64,000 nt of DNA from Microcoleus sp. GTDB taxonomy: Bacteria; Cyanobacteriota; Cyanobacteriia; Cyanobacteriales; Microcoleaceae. The DNA is taken from the NCBI GenBank assembly GCA_052279835.1, contig CP181291.1, forward strand, positions 5,344,001-5,408,000, given 5' to 3'. How positions within the stretch are numbered: the stretch's first letter is position 1; every line of letters begins with the position of its first letter. The notes beneath the pieces were generated by a model, which searched no databases, was not told the origin of the DNA, and worked only from the letters and a program-made list of their open reading frames with translations. The position numbers and the translations under genes are program-made. This document shows, in pieces, positions 29,989 to 40,378 of this stretch.

Positions 29989-30347
29989 GCCCTGCCCCTG
30001 CCCCCCCTAGGGGGGATGGGGGGATGGGAGAAGGGGGACGAAAGATCGTACTCTTATCCCCCCCTTCTGTAGGGGCGGTGCCTTTGAGTGCCCGCCCTCT
30101 CGGCTCGTTCAGATCTAGATTTAATAGTCAAATTTTTAATTGGTATTGTAAATATCGTGCAACATTCTTCTACCCCCCCTAGCCCCCCCTTGCCAAGGGG
30201 GGGGACAAGAATTAGGACGTTAAGACAAAGCGCCTTGATGGTTGCTATATAATTTGAGTCCAAATAGGAATTAATTTAATTTAAAATATCTTAACAATTC
30301 AGGAGTGACGCGGAATTGATGTTAAAGATTAAAAAATATTTGTGGCG

Positions 30348-30938
30348 CTACTTACAACCCTGTTTTGTATTGGTATCGAATGTCCCTTCATCAGTTCTCA
30401 TTCCTCCTAGGAGAGTTTCGACAATTACGCACTTTTTCGCACCGCCCCTAGCAGGAACAACTGTGACATAAAAGGGAGTTGAACCTGTGGGGGGATTACC
30501 CTGGTAGTCAAAAGTGATCGAGTTTGCAGGCGTAGTAGGAGCAGGTTGATTAACGGTAAGCGTAATAGTGTCTTTTTTAATTTCGCCGCCGACATTTAAC
30601 TGCTGGGTAATATTATCTATCGTAACTGTTGGCGGGTCAGTAGCCGGAGTAGGATTAAATGTAACTGTGATATCCCGCTTACTTCGCTTTGCTTCGCTTT
30701 GTGCACTTCGCAAGGTTTGCAAAACGCGATCGTTGACTGTGCGCACCCTTTGATTGTTGATGAAAGCCAGCCAACCGGGAGCGGCGATGGAACTGAGGAT
30801 ACCTACGATCAGGGCGATTACCAGGACTTCTAGAAGGGTGAAACCCTCATCGCCTTTTCTCGGTTTAGTATGTGGGGAATTTCCGATTTTTTGGGTGTTA
30901 TAAATATGCAAAAATTTGAATAAAATTGGAATTTTCAT
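30348..30938 (-). CDS. Pseudopilin (HpsD-like by position)
   Basis: EGFTLLEVLV prepilin motif; directly downstream of hpsC. Confidence 0.85.
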   Translation of the reverse strand: MKIPILFKFLHIYNTQKIGNSPHTKPRKGDEGFTLLEVLVIALIVGILSSIAAPGWLAFINNQRVRTVNDRVLQTLRSAQSEAKRSKRDITVTFNPTPATDPPTVTIDNITQQLNVGGEIKKDTITLTVNQPAPTTPANSITFDYQGNPPTGSTPFYVTVVPARGGAKKCVIVETLLGGMRTDEGTFDTNTKQGCK

Positions 30939-31053
30939 GTTGTTTTCCTGTTTTATGTGCTATATATGCGATTCTTAAATATGTTTCATTTGGCAATTTC
31001 TGTACCCCCACTATATCGGTACTCCGATTAGTGGTGGGTGGTTGACCAATCAG

Positions 31054-32184
31054 TTATTTTCCTCGCGCACCGAGACCTTGTACCTGCACGGTTGCTGTGG
31101 GGAAAAATGCCGAACTGGTGGTTTTGAAGTCAGCATCGTTGGCTTGAAGGCGGCGCAGGCTATTGCCTCTGATTGTGACTTTGGCTATGTTTTTCTCTGT
31201 ATTAACACAAGCATAGAAGCTATTCATACCTTCTGTATCGGTTACTTTTAGGGTTGTTTCTGCCAATAGTTGTGTAGTTTTGGGATCGGTAGGATTACCA
31301 AGAGCCGTCCGGCATTCAGTTCCTAGCAATGCGGTATCCGAGTTTTTAGTGTGGTCGATGTAGTTAACCAGTACCTGGGGCTTGGTTGCCCCGGATTTAT
31401 TATTTATCAGTTCCGTCGGAACAGTCACATTTACTGTGGGCTTACTCAAGTCAAAGTCTTTATTAAAAGCTGGATCTCGTTGTTGAGTGTCTTTTGTCTC
31501 ACTATCCTTGTAGTAAGGATAATTAGGAACTGTAGTATCTGTCGCGTTAGGGTCTTTGATTCCATCGGTAATTTCGTAGCGAGCAATGCGGGTAGGACAA
31601 GTGCCTCCTGAAGGCTGACACCAAGTAGCATCGCTGTCTTTAAAGAGGTAGTAGGCAACTAATGTAAGCACATAGGTGTCGTCGCATTGACGAGCATTAG
31701 CTGGTTGGTCGCAGGTATTTGGTTTTACCTTCTTAGCAACTTCTGGGTTAAAAGGAACAGAATTTTTCCTCGGTTGCTGCTTCCAAAATACGAGTATCGG
31801 AATTCTATTAGGATCTCCATTATTTGGAAGTTGACTTCTGATAGCAGGGATGCCTGTAGGAGTAGTGGTGGGAGTGCTGGTAGTAGCGGGATTATTATCG
31901 TAAATATAAATAGCTTGGCTCAAATCTTGGGCGATGAAATCAGCGGCGGCCTGAAGATCTTGCTCGGTGTTTGATTTAACTTGTTCTCTCCGGTCGGTAT
32001 TCAGCATATCGACTACAAAGGTGAGCATGGGCGTGATGATCAGAAATGCCATGATTGCTCCCACTAATAGCTCGACCAGAGTCATGCCCTTTTCTGTTTG
32101 ATCTGACTCGGAGCGGTTTCGCTGGTGCTGACTTTTTATAAGGAACCTGAGTAAAGTTTTCATTTTGACTGTTTCCTTTGTCAA
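31054..32184 (-). CDS. hpsC: Hormogonium polysaccharide secretion pseudopilin HpsC-like
   Basis: KGMTLVELLV; DRREQVKSNTEQDLQAAADFIAQDLSQAIYIYD; PILVFWK; third gene after hpsA. Confidence 0.8.
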   Translation of the reverse strand: MTKETVKMKTLLRFLIKSQHQRNRSESDQTEKGMTLVELLVGAIMAFLIITPMLTFVVDMLNTDRREQVKSNTEQDLQAAADFIAQDLSQAIYIYDNNPATTSTPTTTPTGIPAIRSQLPNNGDPNRIPILVFWKQQPRKNSVPFNPEVAKKVKPNTCDQPANARQCDDTYVLTLVAYYLFKDSDATWCQPSGGTCPTRIARYEITDGIKDPNATDTTVPNYPYYKDSETKDTQQRDPAFNKDFDLSKPTVNVTVPTELINNKSGATKPQVLVNYIDHTKNSDTALLGTECRTALGNPTDPKTTQLLAETTLKVTDTEGMNSFYACVNTEKNIAKVTIRGNSLRRLQANDADFKTTSSAFFPTATVQVQGLGARGK

Positions 32185-32219
32185 ATGGGGGAAGCGGTTT
32201 TAATCTAATAACAAGGAAT

Positions 32220-32948
32220 TTAATTTCTACACTTTTGAATATCACCTTGGAGGCGAGTGCACAACGCTCCATAGGCGGAGCCTTCTCCTGTAGTAGGGAG
32301 AATTTGTGATTGCATAACCACCAAAGGTGCTTGAGGATTGCCAAGACTGGAATTAGCGACTGATTGCTGTGTAGTTGTCATCGGCTTTCCGGTAAACCCA
32401 TCCGCCCGGTAAACCCGGACTAAGACTTGGTAGCCTTTTGATGTGGGATCGTTACCAGTAATAGATGTATCGGTATTTTGCCAAGCGCCCTGAACGTAAA
32501 AGTCTTTGCTGCTAGTACAACCTCCCCCATCCGTGTCAACGCAGTATAAGTTGTTTTTACTTGTCGGAGCTGGTTGCTGAGCCAAATCGGGCTGGGTAGA
32601 TTTAGCGGGAAACCCTTTTATGCTGGGGTCATTAAACTTAATAGACCCCGATCGCAAACCATCAACGTAAGTTCTCCCCGCCATCGCAGCCAGTTCGATC
32701 CGCCGCGCTTGGACGCGAATTGCTACTGAGTAGGCCATCACCGGGGCGATCGCAATCATCAGTACCGAAACCACAATCATCGCTACCAATGACTCGATAA
32801 TCGTGTAGCCAGAATCTTGTGGCTTCAGTTTTTGGGCGCAACTGCCAGATTTACTCTCAGTAGGCTGGCTGCTGAATTCTGTTTCTGTCTTTGCTCCCTT
32901 GAATAAGATGGGTTGCCAGTAGCTGTTGTCTTTTAGTAGCTTATTCAT
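32220..32948 (-). CDS. hpsB: Hormogonium polysaccharide secretion pseudopilin HpsB-like
   Basis: SGYTIIESLVA; RVQARRIELA; VRVYRADGF; immediately after hpsA. Confidence 0.8.
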   Translation of the reverse strand: MNKLLKDNSYWQPILFKGAKTETEFSSQPTESKSGSCAQKLKPQDSGYTIIESLVAMIVVSVLMIAIAPVMAYSVAIRVQARRIELAAMAGRTYVDGLRSGSIKFNDPSIKGFPAKSTQPDLAQQPAPTSKNNLYCVDTDGGGCTSSKDFYVQGAWQNTDTSITGNDPTSKGYQVLVRVYRADGFTGKPMTTTQQSVANSSLGNPQAPLVVMQSQILPTTGEGSAYGALCTRLQGDIQKCRN

Positions 32949-32950
32949 GG

Positions 32951-35900
32951 TTAACCACCTGTGTTGTCTGTGCAGAATTTTGTTGGGCGCAAATTACCAC
33001 TGACAGCTTTCGTGGTCCCGTCCTTATCGAGGAAAGCACACAACAATGTTTCTATCCACTCGTCATTGCCAGGTACTTCTTGGAAATACTCATCTGGCGT
33101 TCGTTTTGTTGGAGGAGTCGTGAACTTGCGGGTAAACAAGTCGGGGGGCTGAGATAGTAAGCCCAAGTCATAACCCCAATTTCGAGCAGGAGGGCTGAAG
33201 AAGGGAAGACTACCGGAGCCGGCATCAGTTCTATATGAAGCTTTTGGAACACCGCCAGTGTAAGTGACTGCGGGTGGGGCTGGGTTCGGTGGGGTTGGCG
33301 GTGAATCGAAAAGACTCCGCAACTTAGTTGGATCAGTCTGCTGCGGAGCCGCCGGAGCTAGAATCGGGGTATAGGGCGCGGTGCTGTAAGCACTCCGGCC
33401 GAACTGAATAAAGGAACCCTGGATGTTTGTGGAAACTGCCCCGGAATTCCAGTTTTCCAAGAAGCGGGGCAAGTTTTGCATACCGCCGTTAAAGTCACCG
33501 ACGTCTGAGGTGAGCGATCGCGAAGGAGTATCGTTGGAGCCTACGACCATATTAAATGTTGTGTCTACAGCCGTCGTTATCCACCCGGTCGCCCTCACAA
33601 TATTTGTACCTTCTGGCAAACTGGCCGATGAAGCAGCCGCTGGCGCCGCCGTCACAGTTTGGCTCTGCAAAACCGGCATGAGTAGTGGCTGGGAGCCTTT
33701 AGCTACTCCTGGGGGGATTGCTGGTGCTGATGTTGCCGCTAATGTGGGCAGATCTGCACCGCTCCCGTCCTTCACCGCCTTGTTAAACACATAGGGAAAT
33801 TTTTCTGAACCGTAAGTCACTGTAGTACCGCCAGCCGTAGCAGTCGTCGCAAACCACAGAGAATTATCTGTTAAATTGCCTGGCCCAGCAACAACTGTTG
33901 TGCCACTAATCCCTAAAGGCGTTGGATTGTTGTTTGAATCTAGCACCAGAGCATTTGGAGAGGTGGTTCTTTGAAAAGCAACTCGGCGGGGGAAGCGTTG
34001 ATATTGGGGCGCTGGGGGAGCAGCAGTTGTTCCGGCTAGCCAATTGGTAGAGGACACAGCAACGTTTGCAGCGGTCTGAGTTTGCGGATTGACGTACCAG
34101 TCGCTATCGGTACAGGCAGAAACTGGCAGTTTTATACAAACTTCCATCAAATACTCTGGGAAATTACCGCGCCGCTGGACAGGGGTGACAAAGTTGTTGA
34201 AGTAAGAACTGGTAATCGGGGGAGAGGTGTTGACATAGGTAGCATCTGTCAGCGCTGTAGTGCTAGCACCTGTGGTACCTAGTAAATTGCCGTTGTCTGA
34301 AAACGCCGCGCTGGAAAGTCCGTTAGTAACAAAGTTGTTGCTGTAAAATCCTTGCTGTTTGCGAGGCGTTACAGCAGCAGCACCGGCATTATTTCTCAGG
34401 TCAAAATCTCCCTCGTTGCGGAAGCCAAAACGGTAATTTTGTGAAAGGAGTGTGACAGCATCTGCCAGTATGTTTGCGGGACGCCAGGTGTCCCCTGTTG
34501 TACATTTACCACCTAATCTGGGGTCGTTTGGGCGACAGGCAAAGTTCTTATTGAGGTTTGCGGCTGTGCGATCGTAAAAGGTACTCCAATCACCCACGGC
34601 CTGAGTAAATTCTTCGCCGGAGTGAGGGTTAAATTCGCCTTTGATGTAAACGGGCAAATTAGATGCCAAAGTTAGCCCCTTTTCCTTGACTACATCCGCC
34701 ACAGTAGCGGAGGAACCAGGAACTCTGCCTAGCTGCTGACCATTCACAAGTAGAATTCCGTTGGGCTTCCGAGTAGGGTCTAGCAGGGAATCTGTGGGGC
34801 TGAGTGTTGCGCTGCTACTTTCATCTATGCCACCTGCGGCAAGAGCTGGGCGAGCACTTCGATCAGGCAGCGCATCGTCGCGAGTGGCATAAATAATCCC
34901 GCTGTTTGGCAGTAAATACTCGTCTCCCAATTTAGTCCTTCGCAGTGCATCGAGGTCTATCTGAGTGGCACGAATTTCTAGGGGTTGCCGTTCTTCTAAG
35001 GGCAGGTTGTAGTTCCCTGTTAAATTTGCAGCCTCGCTTGCTGTAGTGAGGCTGCTCAGCGTAAAGGCTTCGTTAACTTTGGTGGTAGTCTGGTCATCGC
35101 GATCGATCGCCTTGATTTCTCTGGCATTCAAAAATGCTACTTCTTGGATAGCCCCGTGAGGAATCAGTGCCGGATTGGGTGTGAGCTCGCCCTTAAGTAT
35201 CTGTAGCGCGCAATTAGTCGAGTCGATCGCAGCTTTTTCTGCCACATTGCGATCGGCGTCTGCTTTCTGAAGAGCATCTCTCAAAGGCTTGTTAGCAAAC
35301 CGACCGTCGGGGAAGACCAAGTTTGCCTGGGCTACCAAAATTGGATCTCCACCGCTCAGCAAGCCTGTAGTGGTGTCCAGGTTTGAAGCAGCCGGTCGCA
35401 CTCTTGTAGGGGGGCCGTAGGTGATGCCATTATTGGAGCCGATAAAGGCTTGCCGTGTTCCCAGTCCTACCTCGCCGCTGACATCAGGCAGGCTTCCCGT
35501 CGAAATGTTTCTCGCTGTGGAAGCGTTGCTAGGGTCGTAATAGCTGCTGACGCAGGCCAGCGGTTTGTCGTTCAACTCTCCCTTGGCAGGGGGATTATTT
35601 GCATAGTGATAAACTACTGTCGCCCGCATCCGCAAGTCGCCCTTGGCATATTTCTTAGCGGTGGTAGCCTGCTCAACAATACCTGGAAGTAGAGTAGTAG
35701 AGGCGACTGCTGATGGGAGACTTGCGCTAATATCGGTAGAACTAGACCAAGCTGGGAGCCATTTAGTCCACTTTGCCTTATCGTAAGCGCCACCAGCAAT
35801 ATTGTCATAAACTTCTGACCCCAGTCCCAGTGGTGACATCGGCATGGAGTCCGGCCAGACGACGGGGTATTTCTCAACAGCAGTAGTTGTTGGGTCGTCG

Positions 35901-37948
35901 TAAGTAGCTGTGTCCCCAGTTACTGTGGCACCACTCGAAGGATTTATCCAGCTAGGCGGCGGCAGGAATGAATTAGTGCGATCGTAAACCCCTGCACCAG
36001 TAATGACGCGCAAACCGCCAATACCATCCAAGGGATTTTTCGGGTTTCTTGCTGCTTCTTGTTCCCAAAAACCGTTGCGATCGGTTGCTCCTACATCCGC
36101 AATCTTTGTCGCCTGGGACGATCGAGTGCGCGGAAAATTAGGATCTAGGGGGTCGATCGAATTCCAATTCCCTGCTATTTTTTCTTCTTTACTGGTAAAT
36201 TCAGATTTGGTGGCATCCCATCTCTTGGCTGGTAGGTTGTTGCCTACCACAACCCTATCGCCCAAAAAATTTTCTTCTTCAGGTTCTTTTGAGGGGTCTG
36301 TTGCTTCTAGCTGACCAACCGTTAGCTTGACTTTGGTGTCGGAATCATTGAGCAAACTCCATTGGTCTATGGGTCTTAGGGTATCTTTTGTGCCTAGAAT
36401 GGGTGGGGTTCCGGGCGGTGTTGACCACGGAAGACCGTAGCCCGTCGTTGCATCTCCTCCAAGTGGCACTTCCGCAAAGGGAACCTTGCGGAGCATCTGT
36501 TTAAAATATTCTGTCAGCGCTTGTTTGCGATCTTGGCTTTGCAGTCGCTGCCGCACTGACAACGGATCGTTAGTCTCCGGGTTTGGCTTGGCGGGGTCTC
36601 CCATCTGCGTTTCTACTAGCAAAGATAGGCGCTTTGTATAGGCTTCGTCGTTGTAAAGAACATTCAATCTAGAATCGCTCGTTGATTCCGTTGTACCCGC
36701 CTTAATTTCTAATTTTTTACTCAGCATGAATGCGTTTTTTCCGCTCGTAGGCAGGCTACCTTTTTTGAAAAGGTGCGCGTCCACTGCATTCTTAACCGTG
36801 TTGTCACCAGACCAACCATTAACTACATTACCAGCGACAACAATTTTGCTACCTTCTTGATCGTAGAAACAAGAATCTGGGCTGCTGACCTGATAAAATT
36901 TTACGCTGTTAGGATTATTAAACCCTGTCACTAGCAAATTACTGTTTGTGAATATCCGCCCGTTTAAATTCAACGGAGGTCCCGGCGATATGTCTAGATC
37001 GTTTTCATAAACAACCGCGTTGTTGGGGATCGGAATTAGAGCTTGGTCTTGCTGATATTCCAGGGCTGAAATGCTAGAAGTTCCTGTGAATGGTTGATAC
37101 TTAGAATTGGTAGCAGCATCTGCTGCTGTCATCGGTACGTTAACTGTATAAACGAAAAAACTTTTTTTAAGTTTGCCGTCTATCCTGTACCAGCCTGAGT
37201 CTCCCGCTAAAGTAGCGACAGTACCTCCACCCTGTTCGCAACCAGCCTTAAGTTTCCTCTGCGGTGGCTTTCTTGCTTCCAACGGCTCTCTTTTTCTTTC
37301 AAATTCCCCCAAAGTAGGGGCAAGCAAGCCCCTTGGGGGGGTGCGGAAGAATATACCGTAGAGGGTAAAATTATCAAATTTGCCATCTCCATTTGTATCG
37401 ACGGGATATCTCCAAGCAGTATTTATCGATTCGTTCTTTTCGATATCAAAGCCAGAATCAGTAGCCTTAAGATCTGGACTTATGCTGTTGTTACCGTCTA
37501 GGTCATACTTAAGTCTCAGGCGATCCTCGTCCCCAAACGTATAACTATCAACTGTACTGACGGGATTTGCCAGCGGCAAGTACAAGTCTCGATCCGAAGG
37601 CGTACCCCGATTCTGGGTTTGCTCCAGCAGAAACTGAATTTTCGCCTTCGCCCGATCAATCGCCGGAGTTGCCGCCGCCAATACCTGCTGATTCACGCGC
37701 ACATTCCGAGCATTATTCGCCCGATCGAACGATCGCAGAGTAATCGCCACCGTCAGCAAAATCACCACCAACAATACCATCGTCACCGTCGGCAACACAA
37801 ACCCCGCCACGGGCAAATTTGCCCGTCGGCCCATTGCCATGAGCGATCGCAACATTGCCCTCATTAGCCGCTTCGCACCCGATCGCGTCACACCGAGAAC
37901 CCGCCGTAACAGCGATACGATAACTTTCGATAATTTGCTTTTATACAT
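32951..37948 (-). CDS. hpsA: Hormogonium polysaccharide biosynthesis protein HpsA-like (1665 aa)
   Basis: AGFVLPTVTMVLLVV pilin-like N-terminus, AATPAIDRAKAKI, C-terminal NGGMQNLPRFLENW and RNWGYDLGLL; heads a pseudopilin operon. Confidence 0.85.
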   Translation of the reverse strand: MYKSKLSKVIVSLLRRVLGVTRSGAKRLMRAMLRSLMAMGRRANLPVAGFVLPTVTMVLLVVILLTVAITLRSFDRANNARNVRVNQQVLAAATPAIDRAKAKIQFLLEQTQNRGTPSDRDLYLPLANPVSTVDSYTFGDEDRLRLKYDLDGNNSISPDLKATDSGFDIEKNESINTAWRYPVDTNGDGKFDNFTLYGIFFRTPPRGLLAPTLGEFERKREPLEARKPPQRKLKAGCEQGGGTVATLAGDSGWYRIDGKLKKSFFVYTVNVPMTAADAATNSKYQPFTGTSSISALEYQQDQALIPIPNNAVVYENDLDISPGPPLNLNGRIFTNSNLLVTGFNNPNSVKFYQVSSPDSCFYDQEGSKIVVAGNVVNGWSGDNTVKNAVDAHLFKKGSLPTSGKNAFMLSKKLEIKAGTTESTSDSRLNVLYNDEAYTKRLSLLVETQMGDPAKPNPETNDPLSVRQRLQSQDRKQALTEYFKQMLRKVPFAEVPLGGDATTGYGLPWSTPPGTPPILGTKDTLRPIDQWSLLNDSDTKVKLTVGQLEATDPSKEPEEENFLGDRVVVGNNLPAKRWDATKSEFTSKEEKIAGNWNSIDPLDPNFPRTRSSQATKIADVGATDRNGFWEQEAARNPKNPLDGIGGLRVITGAGVYDRTNSFLPPPSWINPSSGATVTGDTATYDDPTTTAVEKYPVVWPDSMPMSPLGLGSEVYDNIAGGAYDKAKWTKWLPAWSSSTDISASLPSAVASTTLLPGIVEQATTAKKYAKGDLRMRATVVYHYANNPPAKGELNDKPLACVSSYYDPSNASTARNISTGSLPDVSGEVGLGTRQAFIGSNNGITYGPPTRVRPAASNLDTTTGLLSGGDPILVAQANLVFPDGRFANKPLRDALQKADADRNVAEKAAIDSTNCALQILKGELTPNPALIPHGAIQEVAFLNAREIKAIDRDDQTTTKVNEAFTLSSLTTASEAANLTGNYNLPLEERQPLEIRATQIDLDALRRTKLGDEYLLPNSGIIYATRDDALPDRSARPALAAGGIDESSSATLSPTDSLLDPTRKPNGILLVNGQQLGRVPGSSATVADVVKEKGLTLASNLPVYIKGEFNPHSGEEFTQAVGDWSTFYDRTAANLNKNFACRPNDPRLGGKCTTGDTWRPANILADAVTLLSQNYRFGFRNEGDFDLRNNAGAAAVTPRKQQGFYSNNFVTNGLSSAAFSDNGNLLGTTGASTTALTDATYVNTSPPITSSYFNNFVTPVQRRGNFPEYLMEVCIKLPVSACTDSDWYVNPQTQTAANVAVSSTNWLAGTTAAPPAPQYQRFPRRVAFQRTTSPNALVLDSNNNPTPLGISGTTVVAGPGNLTDNSLWFATTATAGGTTVTYGSEKFPYVFNKAVKDGSGADLPTLAATSAPAIPPGVAKGSQPLLMPVLQSQTVTAAPAAASSASLPEGTNIVRATGWITTAVDTTFNMVVGSNDTPSRSLTSDVGDFNGGMQNLPRFLENWNSGAVSTNIQGSFIQFGRSAYSTAPYTPILAPAAPQQTDPTKLRSLFDSPPTPPNPAPPAVTYTGGVPKASYRTDAGSGSLPFFSPPARNWGYDLGLLSQPPDLFTRKFTTPPTKRTPDEYFQEVPGNDEWIETLLCAFLDKDGTTKAVSGNLRPTKFCTDNTGG

Positions 37949-38416
37949 TGACGCCTTCCTGAATAGTTTCAGAGATGGTATTGCAGGTAGTTACTGCTCG
38001 ACAGTACGATCCCATTTTTATAATTCCCATTTTATTCAACATTCATATCAACCCGTTGCAAAAATTCACAGAATGTGTTATCCCACTGAAAAATAAAATC
38101 CCCGAACCCGTTTCACCGCCGATATGTTGCATCACAATCAATCAAGGGTTTGGCGATCGCAGGGTAGGGGATTTACCAGAATTATTGGCTTTCCTCAAAG
38201 ATTATTTCTCCAACCCGCGCCTACAGAATTTTGAACCACCGATATATATTTCCCTAGAAAGATTTGCCCCCAAGGATGTCAGCCTAGGGAAATCCAATCT
38301 AACCTACTTCAATCCTCTTGTCATTACCCCCGATCGACTGTGAGTTCGATCGCTCCCAATGCTGTAGGGGCCGGTTACAACAGTAGATTGTTGCTACGCA
38401 TTAGAACTAATCAAAT

Positions 38417-38520
38417 ATTAAGCTCTTAAATCCTTTGTGAATTTCTTACTCCCTCCCCTTAGTAAGGTCCGGGTTGGGGTGGGGTAAAAATATTTACGAC
38501 TCCTGCAAGGATTGCTATAT
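38417..38520. mobile_element. Degenerate copy of the TATAGCAATCCTAAAT MITE family
   Basis: Core nearly identical to 46882..46988; right end AGGATTGCTATA retained. Confidence 0.7.
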
Positions 38521-38642
38521 TAAGATGTTAAATCAATAAATATATCTTCAGTCCTTTTCAAAGGACTTGCGCTATGAGACGGGGGTTTTTAACCCCCGGC
38601 GGACTATCGGTACAAATGCCAAATCCGAAACAGTCGCTACAA

Positions 38643-39431
38643 ATGCAAAATATCAACCTACAACCCATGAACCAAATCCCAAAACCCCCCGACTTCATCA
38701 TCATCGGCGTCCAAAAAGGCGGCACTACATCTCTATATAACTATCTCACCCAACATCCCCAAATCGTCCCCGCCACCCAAAAAGAAGTACATTATTTTGA
38801 CCTCAACTTCGACAAGGGTGCAGACTGGTATTACTCCCAATTTCCCCAGCCCAAAAGCGGCGAAAATCTGACAACAGGAGAAGCCAGCCCCTACTATATT
38901 TTTCATCCCCAAGTTCCAGGGCGAATCCACGATTTGTGTCCCCAGGTCAAAATAATTGCCCTCCTGAGAAACCCCATATATCGCGCTATTTCCCATTATT
39001 ATTACTATATCAAAATTGGCTACGAATCGCTATCATTAGAAAGTGCGATCGCCTCCGAACCCGAAAGACTCCAAGGCGAAATTGAAAAACTGATCGCCAA
39101 CCCCAACTACTACAGTTACGAACACCAACACCACAGCTATTTAACTCGCGGCATTTACGCAGATCAACTCCCAGCCTGGATGAAACTATTTCCCCAAGAA
39201 CAAATCTTAATCATCAAAAGCGAAGACTTGTACACCAATCCCAGCCCTACCTTCAACACCGTCTTAGAGTTCTTAAACTTACCACCCCATCAGCTACAAA
39301 CCTACGAAAGATACAACTCCACCGAATATCCCCCCATCAGCGAGGCTATCTACGAGCAATTGAGAGCATATTTTCGATCGCACAATCAAAGACTAGCCCA
39401 AATGTGCGATCGAGATTTCGGCTGGGATTAA
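38643..39431 (+). CDS. PAPS-dependent sulfotransferase
   Basis: PDFIIIGVQKGGTTSL (5'-PSB), GEASPYY, LLRNPIYRAISHY (3'-PB). The track start at 38574 lies in a repeat remnant, so ATG 38643 or 38667 is preferred. Confidence 0.9.
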   Translation: MQNINLQPMNQIPKPPDFIIIGVQKGGTTSLYNYLTQHPQIVPATQKEVHYFDLNFDKGADWYYSQFPQPKSGENLTTGEASPYYIFHPQVPGRIHDLCPQVKIIALLRNPIYRAISHYYYYIKIGYESLSLESAIASEPERLQGEIEKLIANPNYYSYEHQHHSYLTRGIYADQLPAWMKLFPQEQILIIKSEDLYTNPSPTFNTVLEFLNLPPHQLQTYERYNSTEYPPISEAIYEQLRAYFRSHNQRLAQMCDRDFGWD

Positions 39432-39687
39432 TCAAATTTCCCTCATCCTCTAGGGGCTGGTGACACCATTTTTCTGACCTATGTGCTATGGATGAAGTCT
39501 TAGCCCCCCCTTAATAAGGGGGGGTTGGGGGGGTAATATATAGCGCTACTTTATGAAATTGGTATGACCCAAAAATAATTGCCCAAAAACAACAATTTCG
39601 TGAGGACTCAAGCGCCCTAACTGGCGGACGAGAGGCAGAAATTAGACTAAAATAAAACAACAGTCATCTACCAAATATCCCTTAATT

Positions 39688-39885
39688 ATGCCCATACTAT
39701 TTAACGTCCCTTCCATCGCCTGTGCCGGCTGCGGAGACACAATTACCAAAGCGATCCAAACAGTGGAACCAGAAGCGAAAATCAATGTAGATATCGCAGC
39801 TAAGACTGTAACTGTTGAGGCTAAAGCGGCAGAAGAATCAATCAAACAGGCGATTGTTGCTACAGGCCACACCGTCGAAGATTAA
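39688..39885 (+). CDS. Heavy-metal-associated (CopZ/Atx1-like) metallochaperone
   Basis: 65 aa with the IACAGC CxxC motif and a C-terminal ATGH. Confidence 0.88.
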   Translation: MPILFNVPSIACAGCGDTITKAIQTVEPEAKINVDIAAKTVTVEAKAAEESIKQAIVATGHTVED

Positions 39886-40058
39886 GGAGGGTAGGCACAG
39901 GGGGCACTACCCCTACAAAACTCTCATTTTTTTGAGAATGAAACATCCCTGGGGGCTGGGGCGATTGGCCCATTCCCATAGGTGTCAACTTAAGGTATAA
40001 CTCATAGTCCGGCAGGGGTTGAAACCCCTGCCTCAAAGCGAAAGTCCTCCTAAGAAAC

Positions 40059-40378
40059 TCAATCTAACTTAGGTAAGTTATGCAGGTACACCAATGTCAA
40101 AAGAATTTGATCTGCGAGCGTTAGTTTAGGGGGGCGACCGCTGCCGGGTTTAATCAGCCGAGTTTTCTGGCTTTCTTGAGATTCCTTTTGACGATCGTAC
40201 AGATTTTCGGCATTGGTAATTAGTTATATTAATTGGTCGTAGTCTATACCCAACATTCTTTGAGTCTCGGATGGATGCTTTTCAAGATATTCTCGAAGTT
40301 GGCTCATGTTGAAAGGTGGTAAAATTTCATTATACTTTAAGAGCGATCGGTCAACCATTTCTTTTTGGGAGAGGTCTA
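40059..40378 (-). mobile_element. Truncated IS5-family (ISL2/IS702-like) element remnant with pseudogenised transposase N-terminus
   Basis: From ATG 40307: MSQLREYLEKHPSETQRMLGIDYDQLI*LITNAE...KTRLIKPGSGRPPKLTLADQILLTLVYLHNLP, an HTH_Tnp_4-like motif with a stop at 40224-40226. Putative element end TAGACCTCTCCC at about 40378. Confidence 0.75.

Noticed and set aside
37975..38343. 122-aa ORF divergent from hpsA
   Set aside because: No recognisable motif; it occupies the probable hpsA promoter region and cannot be supported.
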